The translations under genes and the position numbers were made by a program. A model generated the notes under the pieces. The model saw only the letters and a list, made by a program, of their open reading frames with translations. It had not been told where the DNA came from and did no database searches. A stretch of DNA of 64,000 nucleotides from Methylacidimicrobium fagopyrum (GTDB lineage Bacteria > Verrucomicrobiota > Verrucomicrobiia > Limisphaerales > UBA11358): assembly GCA_026225255.1 (NCBI GenBank), contig JAMFSJ010000018.1, forward strand, positions 2,934-66,933, given 5' to 3'. Positions 8,536-17,927 of this stretch are shown in pieces (the first letter of the stretch is position 1; each line of letters opens with the position of its first letter).

Positions 8536-11500
8536 ATGAATCAAGCTCTTCGTATTTTGCATTTGGAAGACAATCCGGCCGACGCGCTGCTGGTGCGTGA
8601 TCTTTTTGCGGAAGAAGGTCTGGCGGTGGAGATACAGTTAGTTGATTCCAAAGAAAAATTCCAACACGCGCTGCGTGCGGAAAAATGGGATTTGATCTTG
8701 TCGGATTTTCGCTTGCCGGATTTCAACGGGTTGGATGCGCTTCAAATTGTAAGGGAACAGTTTCCCCAACTACCGTTTATTTTATTATCGGGAAACATTG
8801 GTGAACCGGCGGCAATTGAAAGTCTCAAGGCCGGAGCCACTGATTACGTGCTCAAAACCAATCGTGAACGGCTGATCCCGGCCGTGCACCGGGCGGTGGC
8901 CGAATCGGCCGAACGCACTTTGCGCCAAGCGGTAGAAGATGATTTATTGCGCAGCGAGGAACAGTATCGGGTTTTATTTCAAAGCAATCCGAATCCGATG
9001 CTGATCTTTGACTTGGCGAGCATGAAAATTCTCGAAGTCAATAAAGCTGCCATCCGGCAATACGGTTACGAGCGCGAAGAATTTTTTGGCAAAACGCTGG
9101 CGTGCCTCGGGGCGCCGGAACGCGATGCCACCAACCTGCGGACTTCGTGGGACACGGCTTCAAAAAACCTCAGCTGGTCGCACCGCCGCAAAGATGGCAC
9201 GCCGATTGAGATGGAAGCGAGCTGGTCGCCGTTGGTGTTTGAAGGCCGACAAGCGGCCCTGACGACCGCTACGGATGTGACCGAGCGGCGGCGATCGGAC
9301 CATCGCAACGCGCAGTTCAATAAATTAAGCCATGAGTTGAGCGCGGCCACGACCGCCGATGAGGCGGCGAAATTCATCGGTGAGGCGGCGGACGATTTAT
9401 TTAACTGGGACGACTTCGCGTTGGATTTATATTCGCCGGAAAAAGACGAAGTGGTTTCGTTGCTCGCTTACACCACGGTCGAGGGACGGCGCGTAAAAAT
9501 TGACGCCTCGCCGCAGCCAAAAACGGCGAACACGCTCGTGCAACGCGTGATCGCGCGCGGGGCGGAATTGGTTTCGGCGTCGGAAGCGGGCGGGAAATCC
9601 GGCACGACGATGATCGCGCCGATCCGCAAAGGCACGCAGGTCATCGGCGTTTTATTCGTCCAAAGTTTACAAACCAACCGCTACAACGAGCACGATCTGG
9701 AAACGCTGCGTTCGTTGGCCTACCAATCCGGCGGCGCGTTGCAACGGGTGCGCGCGGAGGATGAATTGCGGAACACGCAGAAGCAGTTCAAGGTGTTTTT
9801 CGAAAATTCGCCGGACGCCATTTTTGTGGAAGACTTGAGCGGCCGGGTATTGGATGTCAATGCCAGCGCGTGCGTGTTGCATGGTTTGACGCGCGACCAA
9901 TTGATTGGCAAAAATGCGGTGGAAGATTTGGTTCCGCTCGGCCAGCGCGCCGCGGCGCGGCAAAAATTTGCCCAACTAAGGTCCGGCGAAATTTCCTGGA
10001 TTGAAGGCGAAAGTTTTCGGGCCGATGGCCAAAGCGTGCCAGTGGAAGCGCGGGTGACGCAGGTGGAATTCAACGGCCAGCCCGCGCTGCTGTTTCACGT
10101 CCGCGACATCAGCGAAAGGCACGCCGCCGAGATCGCGTTGCGCAGTTCCGAAACCTTGTTCCGTTCCGTCTGGGAAAATTCGGTGGACGGCATGCGGTTG
10201 ACCGATGAAAAGGGGAATATCGTGGCGGTGAACAATGCGTTTTGCCGGCTCGTCGGGTTGCCGCCGGAACAGTTGGAAGACAAACCGTTTTGGGTGATTT
10301 ATTCGGTGGAAACGGATTGCGCAAAAATGTTGGCGCAACATCGCCAACATTTTCTCGTCGGCTCGCTGGAGGACCGGCGCGAAGGCGAATTCCGGTTGCA
10401 CGACGGACGGTCCGTATTTTTTGACACCACAAATTTCTACGTTAAATCCGGCGGCAAACCGCGTCTGCTGTTGAGCCTGTTCCGCGACATCACCACCAAT
10501 AAACGGTTGGAAGAACAGTTGCGGCAATCGCAAAAAATGGAAGCCATCGGCCAGCTCGCCGGCGGCGTCGCGCATGATTTTAACAACATTCTCACGATCA
10601 TCCTCGGCCACGCGACGTTGCTCACGTTGACGCCGCTGGACCAAAGATCTTTAGCCTCGGCGACGCAGATCAAATCCGCTTCCGAACGCGCCGCGAGCCT
10701 TACGCGGCAATTGCTCGCGTTCGGCCGCAAACAGATTGTCAATCCGCGGCCCATCGACCTGAACAGCGTGGTGGGCAATTTGACGGAAATGCTCGCGCGC
10801 TTGCTCGGCGAGGACATCATCCTCAAATTAAATTTCAATCCCGAGCCCGCGACGGTGGAAGCTGACGTCAGCATGATGGAGCAGATTTTGATGAATCTCT
10901 CCGTTAATTCCCGCGATGCGATGCCGCGTGGCGGAGTGTTGTCCCTCGGCATCAGCGCTTGCGAAGTGGATGTCGAACACACCAAACAATTTGCCGACGC
11001 GCGCCCGGGAAGTTTTATTTGTCTGGCGCACACCGACACCGGCGCCGGTATTCCGCCGGAAAATGTGGCCCGCATTTTCGAACCGTTTTTTACGACCAAA
11101 GAATTGGGCAAAGGCACCGGCCTCGGCCTTGCGACCGTTTACGGCATCGTTAAGCAACACAAAGGCTGGATCGAAGTGGACAGCGAACTGGAAAAAGGCA
11201 CCACCTTCCGCATCTATCTCCCGACGACCACGGCGACGGCGGCGGCAAATTCGGTTCCTGATAAAGCTCCCGTGCGCGCGCCCGACGGCCACGAAACGAT
11301 TCTCGTCGTTGAGGACGAACGCGATCTCCGCGAAATCATCACCCGCACGCTCATCCGTCACGGTTACCGCGTTTTTCAGGCGATTGACGGCAACAACGCC
11401 TTGCAGATCTGGAGCGAATACAAAGACAATATCGATCTCGTTTTCACCGATGTCATCATGCCCGGCGGCGTCAATGGCCGCGAGCTGGCCGAACGGTTGC

Positions 11501-11661
11501 TCCGGGAAAAGCCGAATCTCAAAGTGATTTATTCCACCGGCTACAGCGCCGACGCCCTCGGTCGAGATTTCCGCCTCGACCCGGAATTGAATTACCTGCA
11601 AAAGCCTTACCAGCCCGATGATTTAGCCCGCATCATCCGCCGTCGCCTCGATAAAAAATAG
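8536..11661 (+). CDS. hybrid sensor histidine kinase (REC-PAS-GAF-PAS-PAS-HisKA-HATPase-REC)
   Basis: ORF 8434..11661. The ATG at 8536 ([17 protein letters not shown]) starts a receiver domain. It also has an H-box ([11 protein letters not shown]), G1/G2 boxes ([14 protein letters not shown]) and a C-terminal receiver (ILVVEDE...FTDVIMPG). Confidence 0.9.
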   Translation: MNQALRILHLEDNPADALLVRDLFAEEGLAVEIQLVDSKEKFQHALRAEKWDLILSDFRLPDFNGLDALQIVREQFPQLPFILLSGNIGEPAAIESLKAGATDYVLKTNRERLIPAVHRAVAESAERTLRQAVEDDLLRSEEQYRVLFQSNPNPMLIFDLASMKILEVNKAAIRQYGYEREEFFGKTLACLGAPERDATNLRTSWDTASKNLSWSHRRKDGTPIEMEASWSPLVFEGRQAALTTATDVTERRRSDHRNAQFNKLSHELSAATTADEAAKFIGEAADDLFNWDDFALDLYSPEKDEVVSLLAYTTVEGRRVKIDASPQPKTANTLVQRVIARGAELVSASEAGGKSGTTMIAPIRKGTQVIGVLFVQSLQTNRYNEHDLETLRSLAYQSGGALQRVRAEDELRNTQKQFKVFFENSPDAIFVEDLSGRVLDVNASACVLHGLTRDQLIGKNAVEDLVPLGQRAAARQKFAQLRSGEISWIEGESFRADGQSVPVEARVTQVEFNGQPALLFHVRDISERHAAEIALRSSETLFRSVWENSVDGMRLTDEKGNIVAVNNAFCRLVGLPPEQLEDKPFWVIYSVETDCAKMLAQHRQHFLVGSLEDRREGEFRLHDGRSVFFDTTNFYVKSGGKPRLLLSLFRDITTNKRLEEQLRQSQKMEAIGQLAGGVAHDFNNILTIILGHATLLTLTPLDQRSLASATQIKSASERAASLTRQLLAFGRKQIVNPRPIDLNSVVGNLTEMLARLLGEDIILKLNFNPEPATVEADVSMMEQILMNLSVNSRDAMPRGGVLSLGISACEVDVEHTKQFADARPGSFICLAHTDTGAGIPPENVARIFEPFFTTKELGKGTGLGLATVYGIVKQHKGWIEVDSELEKGTTFRIYLPTTTATAAANSVPDKAPVRAPDGHETILVVEDERDLREIITRTLIRHGYRVFQAIDGNNALQIWSEYKDNIDLVFTDVIMPGGVNGRELAERLLREKPNLKVIYSTGYSADALGRDFRLDPELNYLQKPYQPDDLARIIRRRLDKK

Positions 11662-11759
11662 CGTCCTTAGCGCGATTCACCTGATCCGTCCCAGAAGTCG
11701 TGTTCCTTTTTTAGATTTTTAGTTTTCAGTTTTCCGTCCGCCAACCTAAAATCACCAGA

Positions 11760-12455
11760 ATGATTATTGCGCCCTCACTGCTTGCCGCCGACCACGCTGA
11801 ATTTGGTAAAGGCGCCATCCGCGCGACCCAGGCCGGTGCCGATTGGTTGCACCTCGACATCATGGACGGCCATTTTGTCCCCAACATTTCCTTCGGCCCG
11901 CAAGTCGTCAAAGCCATCCGCCCGCTCGTCAAAAATATTTTCTTCGACGTGCATCTGATGTGCAGCAAGCCGGAGATCCTGCTCGAACCGTTTGCCAAGG
12001 CGGGTGCCAACCAGATGATCATCCACGTCGAATTGGGCGAACGCGTCGAGCCGCTCATCTGGAAACTACGCCAGCTTGGGATCAAAGTCGGCCTTGCCGT
12101 CAACCCGCCCACTGCCATCGCCGAAGTCGAACCGTTTCTCGATAAAATTGATATGTTGCTCGTGATGACCGTGAACCCTGGGTTCGGCGGCCAAAGCTTC
12201 ATCCACGAATGTCTCCCGAAAATTCAGCAAGCCGACGAATGGCGTCGGGAAAAGAAATTGAAATATCGCCTCGAAGTCGACGGCGGTATCAACAATGACA
12301 CCGTGGCCGAATGCGCCCGCGCCGGTGCGGATACGTTTGTGGCCGGCACGAGTTTATTCGGTCAACGCAGTCTGAAAACCGCCATCGCGAAGATGCGCAA
12401 AATCGCCCACGCGAACGATCCCGCCTTGGCCGATTTGAAGTTGAATTTGTCTTAA
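11760..12455 (+). CDS. rpe: ribulose-phosphate 3-epimerase
   Basis: 231 aa with motifs IAPSLLAADHAEFG, HLDIMDGHFVPN and MTVNPGFGGQ. Confidence 0.95.
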   Translation: MIIAPSLLAADHAEFGKGAIRATQAGADWLHLDIMDGHFVPNISFGPQVVKAIRPLVKNIFFDVHLMCSKPEILLEPFAKAGANQMIIHVELGERVEPLIWKLRQLGIKVGLAVNPPTAIAEVEPFLDKIDMLLVMTVNPGFGGQSFIHECLPKIQQADEWRREKKLKYRLEVDGGINNDTVAECARAGADTFVAGTSLFGQRSLKTAIAKMRKIAHANDPALADLKLNLS

Positions 12456-12552
12456 GACCGTTCGCAAGCCCCGCCCGGGTTCTCCCCGTGGGCCGATAGT
12501 TAACTGCATTTTCTGACTGACACATTTGTGCTGGCGGGGCTAGCTTGTCGGC

Positions 12553-14040
12553 ATGTCACAGATCAAATTTGGCACGGATGGCTGGCGCGCGGTCATCGCG
12601 GAAGATTTCACCTTCGCCAATGTCGCCCGCGTCGCGCAGGCGACGGCCGATTTCTGGAAGTCGGAAACCTTGGATTCCAAGTCGCCCCTCTTCGGTCGCG
12701 CCTTGAAAGTGGTCATCGGCTACGACCGCCGCTTTTTGTCTGATCGGTTCGCGCAAATCACTGCCGAAGTTTTTGCCGGCAACGATTTCCAAGTCGTCCT
12801 CACCGACACGCCCACGCCCACGCCCTCCGTTTCCTTCGCGGTTAAAAACCTTGGGGCCGTGGGCGGCGTCATGATCACTGCCAGCCACAATCCGCCAATC
12901 TTCAACGGCTTTAAATTGAAGTCGCACTTCGGCGGTTCCAGTGGACCGGAAGATTGTCAGGCGGTGGAAAGCTTTCTGGATCGTAATCCGGTTCGTTCGC
13001 AACCGCTCGACGGAGCGCCGATCTCCCGATCGGCTCGAAATAATTCCGCCGGACCAATCAGGAAATCGGCGCTCCTCCGCCCGGTCACGGTCTCCGACAT
13101 CCGGCCCGCGCATTTCAAAGCCATTAAACGGCTCGTGGATTTCAAGCTCATCGCCCAATCCAAATTGCGCGTCGCGCATGATGCGTTGTTTGGCGTTGGC
13201 GCGGGTGTTTTTGAAACCTTGCTGGCCAATACTTCCTGCCACGTCACGACGCTTAACGGCGCGCACGATGTGATGTTCGGCGGCATTTGTCCGGAACCTG
13301 CGCCCAAAAATTATGCGCTCGGCGGTGCGCAGTTGCGGCGCAATCCCCACGCTATTTGTCTCGTGACCGACGGCGATTCCGACCGCATCGGCGCGATGGA
13401 CGGTCACGGCAACCCGCTGACCAACCAGCAAGTCATCGCGTTGCTGCTGCATCATCTCGTGCGCAATCGTGGCGAACGCGGGGTGGTGACAAAAACTTAC
13501 AACACCACCGCGATGGTGGACAAAATGTGCGCCGCGTGGAACCTGCCGCTGACGGAAGTCGGCATCGGGTTCCGTTTCATCGCGCCGGAATTGATGAAGC
13601 CCGGCGCGTTGTTTGGCGCGGAAGAAAGCGGTTCCGTCGGTTTCGTGAATCACATTCCCGAACGCGATGGATTGGCAGCGGGATTGTTCCTGCTCGAAAT
13701 GTTGGCGACGGAGAAAATTTCCGTCAATAAGATCTGGGCGAAGTTGGAAAAGGAATTTGGTCCGCATCGCTACGCCCGGTTCGATGCGCATTATCCCTTG
13801 GAGAAACGGGCTTCGCTCATGGCGTCGCTCAAAGCGAATCCGCCCAAAAAACTGCTGCGTTCGCCCTTGGTGAAAGTGGATGCCCGTGACGGCGTGAAGT
13901 TTATCGCCGCCGATTCCACGTGGCTCATGCTGCGCGGTTCCGGCACCGAGCCGGTGCTTCGCATTTACGCCGAGGCAAAATCGGATGCCGATGTGCAAAA
14001 GCTTTTGAAGCTTGGCCAATCGCTGCTGCGCACTCTCTGA
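12553..14040 (+). CDS. phosphoglucomutase/phosphomannomutase family protein
   Basis: 495 aa with the active-site loop TASHNP and the Mg loop DGDSDR. Confidence 0.85.
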   Translation: MSQIKFGTDGWRAVIAEDFTFANVARVAQATADFWKSETLDSKSPLFGRALKVVIGYDRRFLSDRFAQITAEVFAGNDFQVVLTDTPTPTPSVSFAVKNLGAVGGVMITASHNPPIFNGFKLKSHFGGSSGPEDCQAVESFLDRNPVRSQPLDGAPISRSARNNSAGPIRKSALLRPVTVSDIRPAHFKAIKRLVDFKLIAQSKLRVAHDALFGVGAGVFETLLANTSCHVTTLNGAHDVMFGGICPEPAPKNYALGGAQLRRNPHAICLVTDGDSDRIGAMDGHGNPLTNQQVIALLLHHLVRNRGERGVVTKTYNTTAMVDKMCAAWNLPLTEVGIGFRFIAPELMKPGALFGAEESGSVGFVNHIPERDGLAAGLFLLEMLATEKISVNKIWAKLEKEFGPHRYARFDAHYPLEKRASLMASLKANPPKKLLRSPLVKVDARDGVKFIAADSTWLMLRGSGTEPVLRIYAEAKSDADVQKLLKLGQSLLRTL

Positions 14041-14375
14041 TCGGCGAAAATGAAGCGGGGCGATGGCAGAATCGCCGCGCGACCCTCCCGCCCAAAAAAT
14101 AGCGGAACGAAATTTGGTCGAGCCGGAACCGGCTAATTTAGCTGTGAAGGCAGTTGCTGGCCTCCGGGCGGTCGTCGCGGTCAATGCTCGCCGGCGCGGG
14201 CGCAAAGTTCAACCAACCACCCAGTCACCCCCCGCCAATTCCAATAAAGCACTGGTTGCGACCGACCTCGAACTGGCGTTTTTTGTCCAGGTTCCGACCT
14301 CTTAAACCGGTCAATTACGTGATTTTGTCGCCTTTTTGGCTAAAAGAGCCGTTTTTCGAGGTTGTTTAACCATTT

Positions 14376-14627
14376 ATCAAGGTCATTAAGTCTCTAATCA
14401 AGGTCATTTAGAGACTTTGTCAGGTCATTTAAGCTCTCATCAAGGACATTAAACGTCTGATCAAGGACATTAAGCGGCTTTGCAGGGACATTTAGTCTCT
14501 GATCAAGGACATTCAGAGACTTTGCAAGGACTTTAAATCTTTGAGCAAGGACATTTAAGCTCTCATCAAGGTCATTAAGTGTCTGATCAAGGTCATTAAA
14601 TGACTTTGCAAGGTCATTAAATGAACC
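14376..14627. repeat. 12 contiguous 21-bp direct repeats (consensus about ATCAAGGWCATTAAGTCTCTG) with a 63-bp super-period
   Basis: Parsed by hand into exactly 12 x 21 bp. Each unit has a conserved 12-nt core and a more variable 9-nt tail. The array lies in the spacer between the phosphohexomutase gene and the lyase gene. Confidence 0.95.
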
Positions 14628-14642
14628 AAAAGGGAGGTAGGT
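14397..14642 (-). other. start-less open frame through the 21-bp array, encoding 11 heptads [KQE]-[STR]-[LF]-N-[DV]-L-[DA]
   Basis: This is the only one of the six frames without stops across the array. It is bounded by TGA (14643-14645, which is also the stop of ORF 14643..14963) and TAG (14394-14396). It contains no in-frame ATG, GTG or TTG. Its coding status is unresolved. Confidence 0.3.
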
Positions 14643-14796
14643 TCAGCGAACCAGCCGGTTGGCTGCCTCGTTTTGGTCGTCGCGCCTGATTTTACCGGCG
14701 CGACACCGGTGCCACTCGTGGCAATTTGAAAAGACGTCTTTAGCCTTCATCCCCAGTTCTGTGGATAGCGGCTGATCGTCGCGTGGATTAGATTCA

Positions 14797-17376
14797 TTGG
14801 ATTCCATGAGCTTTTTCGCACGCCCACTGAGTCGTATTGGTTTTGTTTTGGTTCTCGCCATGGTGCTGTTTTCGCTCCGCCTATGCGCCAACAACGCGGG
14901 CGGTTTTATTCCCGCCGCGACTACGCCGGTGACGACCGGGACGGAAACCTTCGTCACGCACACTGATCATTTTCTCGATAATGGAATTTTGCATGTTGCC
15001 CTTTCGCCCAATGGCAGCGTGGATTCAATGAAGTTTCTCAAACCTGGTTTGGCGGGCACCCCCAAGGTGAATGGCGTGGAAACGGTCAGTCAATCGGGTG
15101 TGAATTTCGGCAATCACACCGCGATTTATTATTATTGGTATCCCGATGGCAATGGCGATTGCGTTTACTCCAACACCATTGTTTCCAGCACGAATATTGA
15201 TATTGGGTATCTGCGTCCGTTCAGTCAAGCGAAGGGCGATCAAGTCATCGCGGACGTGGAATTGCATTACGTGCTGGGCAAGGGCAACACCGGTTTGTAT
15301 GCGTATTTGATCGTGCGACATCCAGCGAGTTATGCGAGTTTCGCGACGAACTTGAGCATCAGTTTCATCCAATGCCTTTGGCCGACGGCGCACGATAATA
15401 CGAATTTCCTCTGTGAAAATTCCTATGTGGACGAGGGCGTGCGTTACGGTTTGACGTTGAATGGCGTTTACCAAAAGCGCAATGGTTTGCAGCCGAATTT
15501 TTATGATAACTGGCATACGATCGCGGTGACGAACATCAATATTCCCAAGGAGGTGTTGCAAACGACGACGGGCGTTTTCAACGGCAGCACGAATGGGAAA
15601 TATTCTTACACGTTCGATTATCCCAAGTTGAGCACCTTTGGTATGGCGAGCGACCTGAACCAGATTGGTTTGTGGTATGTCGCCGGTGGCCATGAATATC
15701 AACAGAATGGTCCGACGGCGTGCGAATATTCCGGCGGCATCGGCGGGATCATCACGTTCGAGCCGCTCATGGCGCATTACGGCAACACGGGATTGAACGT
15801 CAGCAGCAATTCGGCGTTCACTAAAATTTATGGGCCGTGGTTGTTTTACATTAATAGCCAATCCAACGGCGCCGCGTGTTGGGCGGATTCGCAACAACAA
15901 GCCGTGGCCGAACAATTAGCGTGGCCTTACGCGTGGCTGACGAACAGCGCTTATCAATCGAAAGATCAACGCGCGAGCATTTCTGGGAAATTAGTGATCA
16001 ACGATCCCCTGCGGCCGTCGGCGAACGCAGCGGGCGCGTGGATCGGTCTCGCCGCGCCGGATGCGAATCTAGAAGTGGATCCGAACGACTGGCAATGGCA
16101 ATCGGACGGTTACCAATTTTGGACGCAGTGCGCGGCCGATGGTAGTTTCACGCTGCCACCGGTGACGACGTTTTCGCCCTACGGCACGAATGTGGCTTAT
16201 GAATTGTATGCCTATTGCGCGGGCACGAATGGTTCGGTCGGCCAATTTCAAACCGGGCCCCTTACGTTTACGTTTGCGCCCGGCACGGTGACGAATCTCG
16301 GCACCCTCACGTGGAACGTTCCGCATGCCGGTTCGAATGTGTTGTGGGAAATCGGTTATCCCGATCGCACGGCGGCGAAATTTCGGCATGGCGATGATTA
16401 TGCCGTGCCGGGTTTGTGGCTGAATTTTGCGAATGAATTTCCGAACCCGATGACTTACACCGTGGGTAGCAGCCGCCCGACGAACGATTGGAATTACGCG
16501 CAGACGGCTTACTTCACCAACGGCGTCGCGAACAACATGGTTTGGAATATAAACTTTAATATCCCCAAATTGCCCGTCAGCGGCAACGCCACGTTGACCA
16601 TTGCGTGGGCGGGCGCCTACAGGGCGGCCATCGCCTCGTATGTGAATAATCCCGGCCTGACTTCCGAGTTCAAAGATTTTTATCCAAACATTCCTTTTCC
16701 CAGCGGCGTAAATGCGGATTCGCTTATTAGACAAGGCATTCATGATAAATATGGCATTGATCATATTTCCATTCCCGTCAGCAAACTCGTTACGGGAACC
16801 AATATCATTACGCTCGTGCAACGTCGCGCGGTCGCGGCCACGGTCAGTTATGTGATGTATGATTATTTGGATTTCGAACTGCCCACCGCCCGGCCGCCCA
16901 GCGGTCTGACGGCGACCGCGGGCGACGGTAACGTGGCGTTAAGTTGGACGGCTTCGCCGGGTGCGACGGGCTACTATATTGCGCAATCCACCACCAACGG
17001 CGGGCCTTACAAAATCATCGGCGCCAATGTGAATAGCCTGTCGCTCACCAATACCGGTCTGTCCAACGGCACGAATTATTATTACGTCATCAGTGCGACC
17101 AATTCATTTGGGGTGAGTGATATTTCAACCCCGGCCAGCGCGCGGCCAACGTCCTCCGCTGTGCCGCAACTCGGGTTTAGTATTAACGCCAGCCAACTGA
17201 CTTTGAATTGGCCGGCGGATCACCTGGGCTGGAGTTTGCAGCTGCAGACGAATTCAGCCGGGCAGGGGCTGGGCACCCATTGGATCACGTTGTCAGGTTC
17301 AGCTACGAATAATCAGGCGGGCTTTCCGGTCAACGCTACGAACGGCAACGTGTTCTTTCGGCTGATTTATCCGTGA
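14797..17376 (+). CDS. secreted rhamnogalacturonan lyase-like protein (PL4-like) with an FN3 domain and a C-terminal beta-rich module
   Basis: 859 aa with a signal peptide. The blocks IYGPWLFYINS ... WPYAWL ... SGKLVINDP ... GAWIGLAAPD resemble plant and fungal PL4 lyases (from memory). It has an FN3-like segment (LTATAGDGNVALSWTASPGATGYYI) and a C-terminal tail that ends FFRLIYP. Confidence 0.7.
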   Translation: MDSMSFFARPLSRIGFVLVLAMVLFSLRLCANNAGGFIPAATTPVTTGTETFVTHTDHFLDNGILHVALSPNGSVDSMKFLKPGLAGTPKVNGVETVSQSGVNFGNHTAIYYYWYPDGNGDCVYSNTIVSSTNIDIGYLRPFSQAKGDQVIADVELHYVLGKGNTGLYAYLIVRHPASYASFATNLSISFIQCLWPTAHDNTNFLCENSYVDEGVRYGLTLNGVYQKRNGLQPNFYDNWHTIAVTNINIPKEVLQTTTGVFNGSTNGKYSYTFDYPKLSTFGMASDLNQIGLWYVAGGHEYQQNGPTACEYSGGIGGIITFEPLMAHYGNTGLNVSSNSAFTKIYGPWLFYINSQSNGAACWADSQQQAVAEQLAWPYAWLTNSAYQSKDQRASISGKLVINDPLRPSANAAGAWIGLAAPDANLEVDPNDWQWQSDGYQFWTQCAADGSFTLPPVTTFSPYGTNVAYELYAYCAGTNGSVGQFQTGPLTFTFAPGTVTNLGTLTWNVPHAGSNVLWEIGYPDRTAAKFRHGDDYAVPGLWLNFANEFPNPMTYTVGSSRPTNDWNYAQTAYFTNGVANNMVWNINFNIPKLPVSGNATLTIAWAGAYRAAIASYVNNPGLTSEFKDFYPNIPFPSGVNADSLIRQGIHDKYGIDHISIPVSKLVTGTNIITLVQRRAVAATVSYVMYDYLDFELPTARPPSGLTATAGDGNVALSWTASPGATGYYIAQSTTNGGPYKIIGANVNSLSLTNTGLSNGTNYYYVISATNSFGVSDISTPASARPTSSAVPQLGFSINASQLTLNWPADHLGWSLQLQTNSAGQGLGTHWITLSGSATNNQAGFPVNATNGNVFFRLIYP

Positions 17377-17456
17377 CCCAACGGGGCGGACAAATCAAAT
17401 GGCGGCCAACGTGGTTGTTACTTGGCGACGGGACTTTTCCCCGCTAACTTTTCGGC

Positions 17457-17846
17457 ATGATCAATCACGGTATTCTCAATCCGCAACTCCTCTCGCTCCT
17501 CGCCCGCGTGCGGCATACGAACGCGCTCGTGATTTCCGATCGCGGCTTTCCGTTCTGGCCGGGGATCGAAACGGTGGATGTCTCGGTGGTGGACGATTTG
17601 CCGACGGTGTTGCAACTCATCGCCGCCGTGCGCGCCAATCACACCTTTACGCAGGCGTATCAAGCGGAAGAATTTTTGAAAAATAATTCGGCGTCCACCC
17701 GTCAGAAATTTGCCGCCGCCTTGAAAGGCGTGCCGTTGACGTTCGAGCCGCATGTGAATTTCAAGCTGCGCGTGCCGCACGCCATCGGTTTGATCCGCAC
17801 CGGTGACACGACGCAATATGCCAACACGATTTTGATTTCCGGTTGA
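17457..17846 (+). CDS. fucU: RbsD/FucU family mutarotase (L-fucose mutarotase or D-ribose pyranase)
   Basis: 129 aa with MINHGILNPQLLSLLARVRHTNALVISDRGFP, typical of the family. Confidence 0.8.
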   Translation: MINHGILNPQLLSLLARVRHTNALVISDRGFPFWPGIETVDVSVVDDLPTVLQLIAAVRANHTFTQAYQAEEFLKNNSASTRQKFAAALKGVPLTFEPHVNFKLRVPHAIGLIRTGDTTQYANTILISG

Positions 17847-17927
17847 GCGTTAGCCGCGAACGACGTGAAAATGAAACGGCATGCTTCAGCGCATTGCCAA
17901 AAATTTCTCCTCTGGCATGATTCCGGC

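Noticed and set aside
12556-14205. Long antisense ORFs: the 549-aa ORF opposite the phosphohexomutase gene, 22213..23388 opposite galK, 5423..6295 opposite accD, 9976..10644 and others
   Set aside because: Their translations are Arg/Gly/His-rich and low-complexity with no family resemblance. Each lies opposite a gene with clear family motifs. This is typical of shadow frames in GC-rich coding DNA.
14376-14627. CRISPR-like reading of the 21-bp array (12-nt repeat plus 9-nt spacer)
   Set aside because: Nine-nucleotide spacers are far too short. The so-called spacers are variants of one another (AAGNCTCT-like), including reverse-complement pairs. There are no cas genes and no leader. It is a plain tandem repeat.
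14631-14637. Plus-strand AGGGAGG Shine-Dalgarno-like motif right after the array
   Set aside because: No ATG, GTG or TTG lies at a usable distance, and no plus-strand ORF follows before the lyase gene at 14797.
14643-14645. Selenocysteine or read-through at the TGA that joins ORF 14643..14963 to the heptad frame
   Set aside because: I could fold no convincing SECIS-like hairpin downstream. There are no selenium-utilisation genes in the window, and TGA is used as an ordinary stop elsewhere here. The upstream ORF is largely antisense to the lyase gene. I kept this only as something resequencing or Ribo-seq could test.
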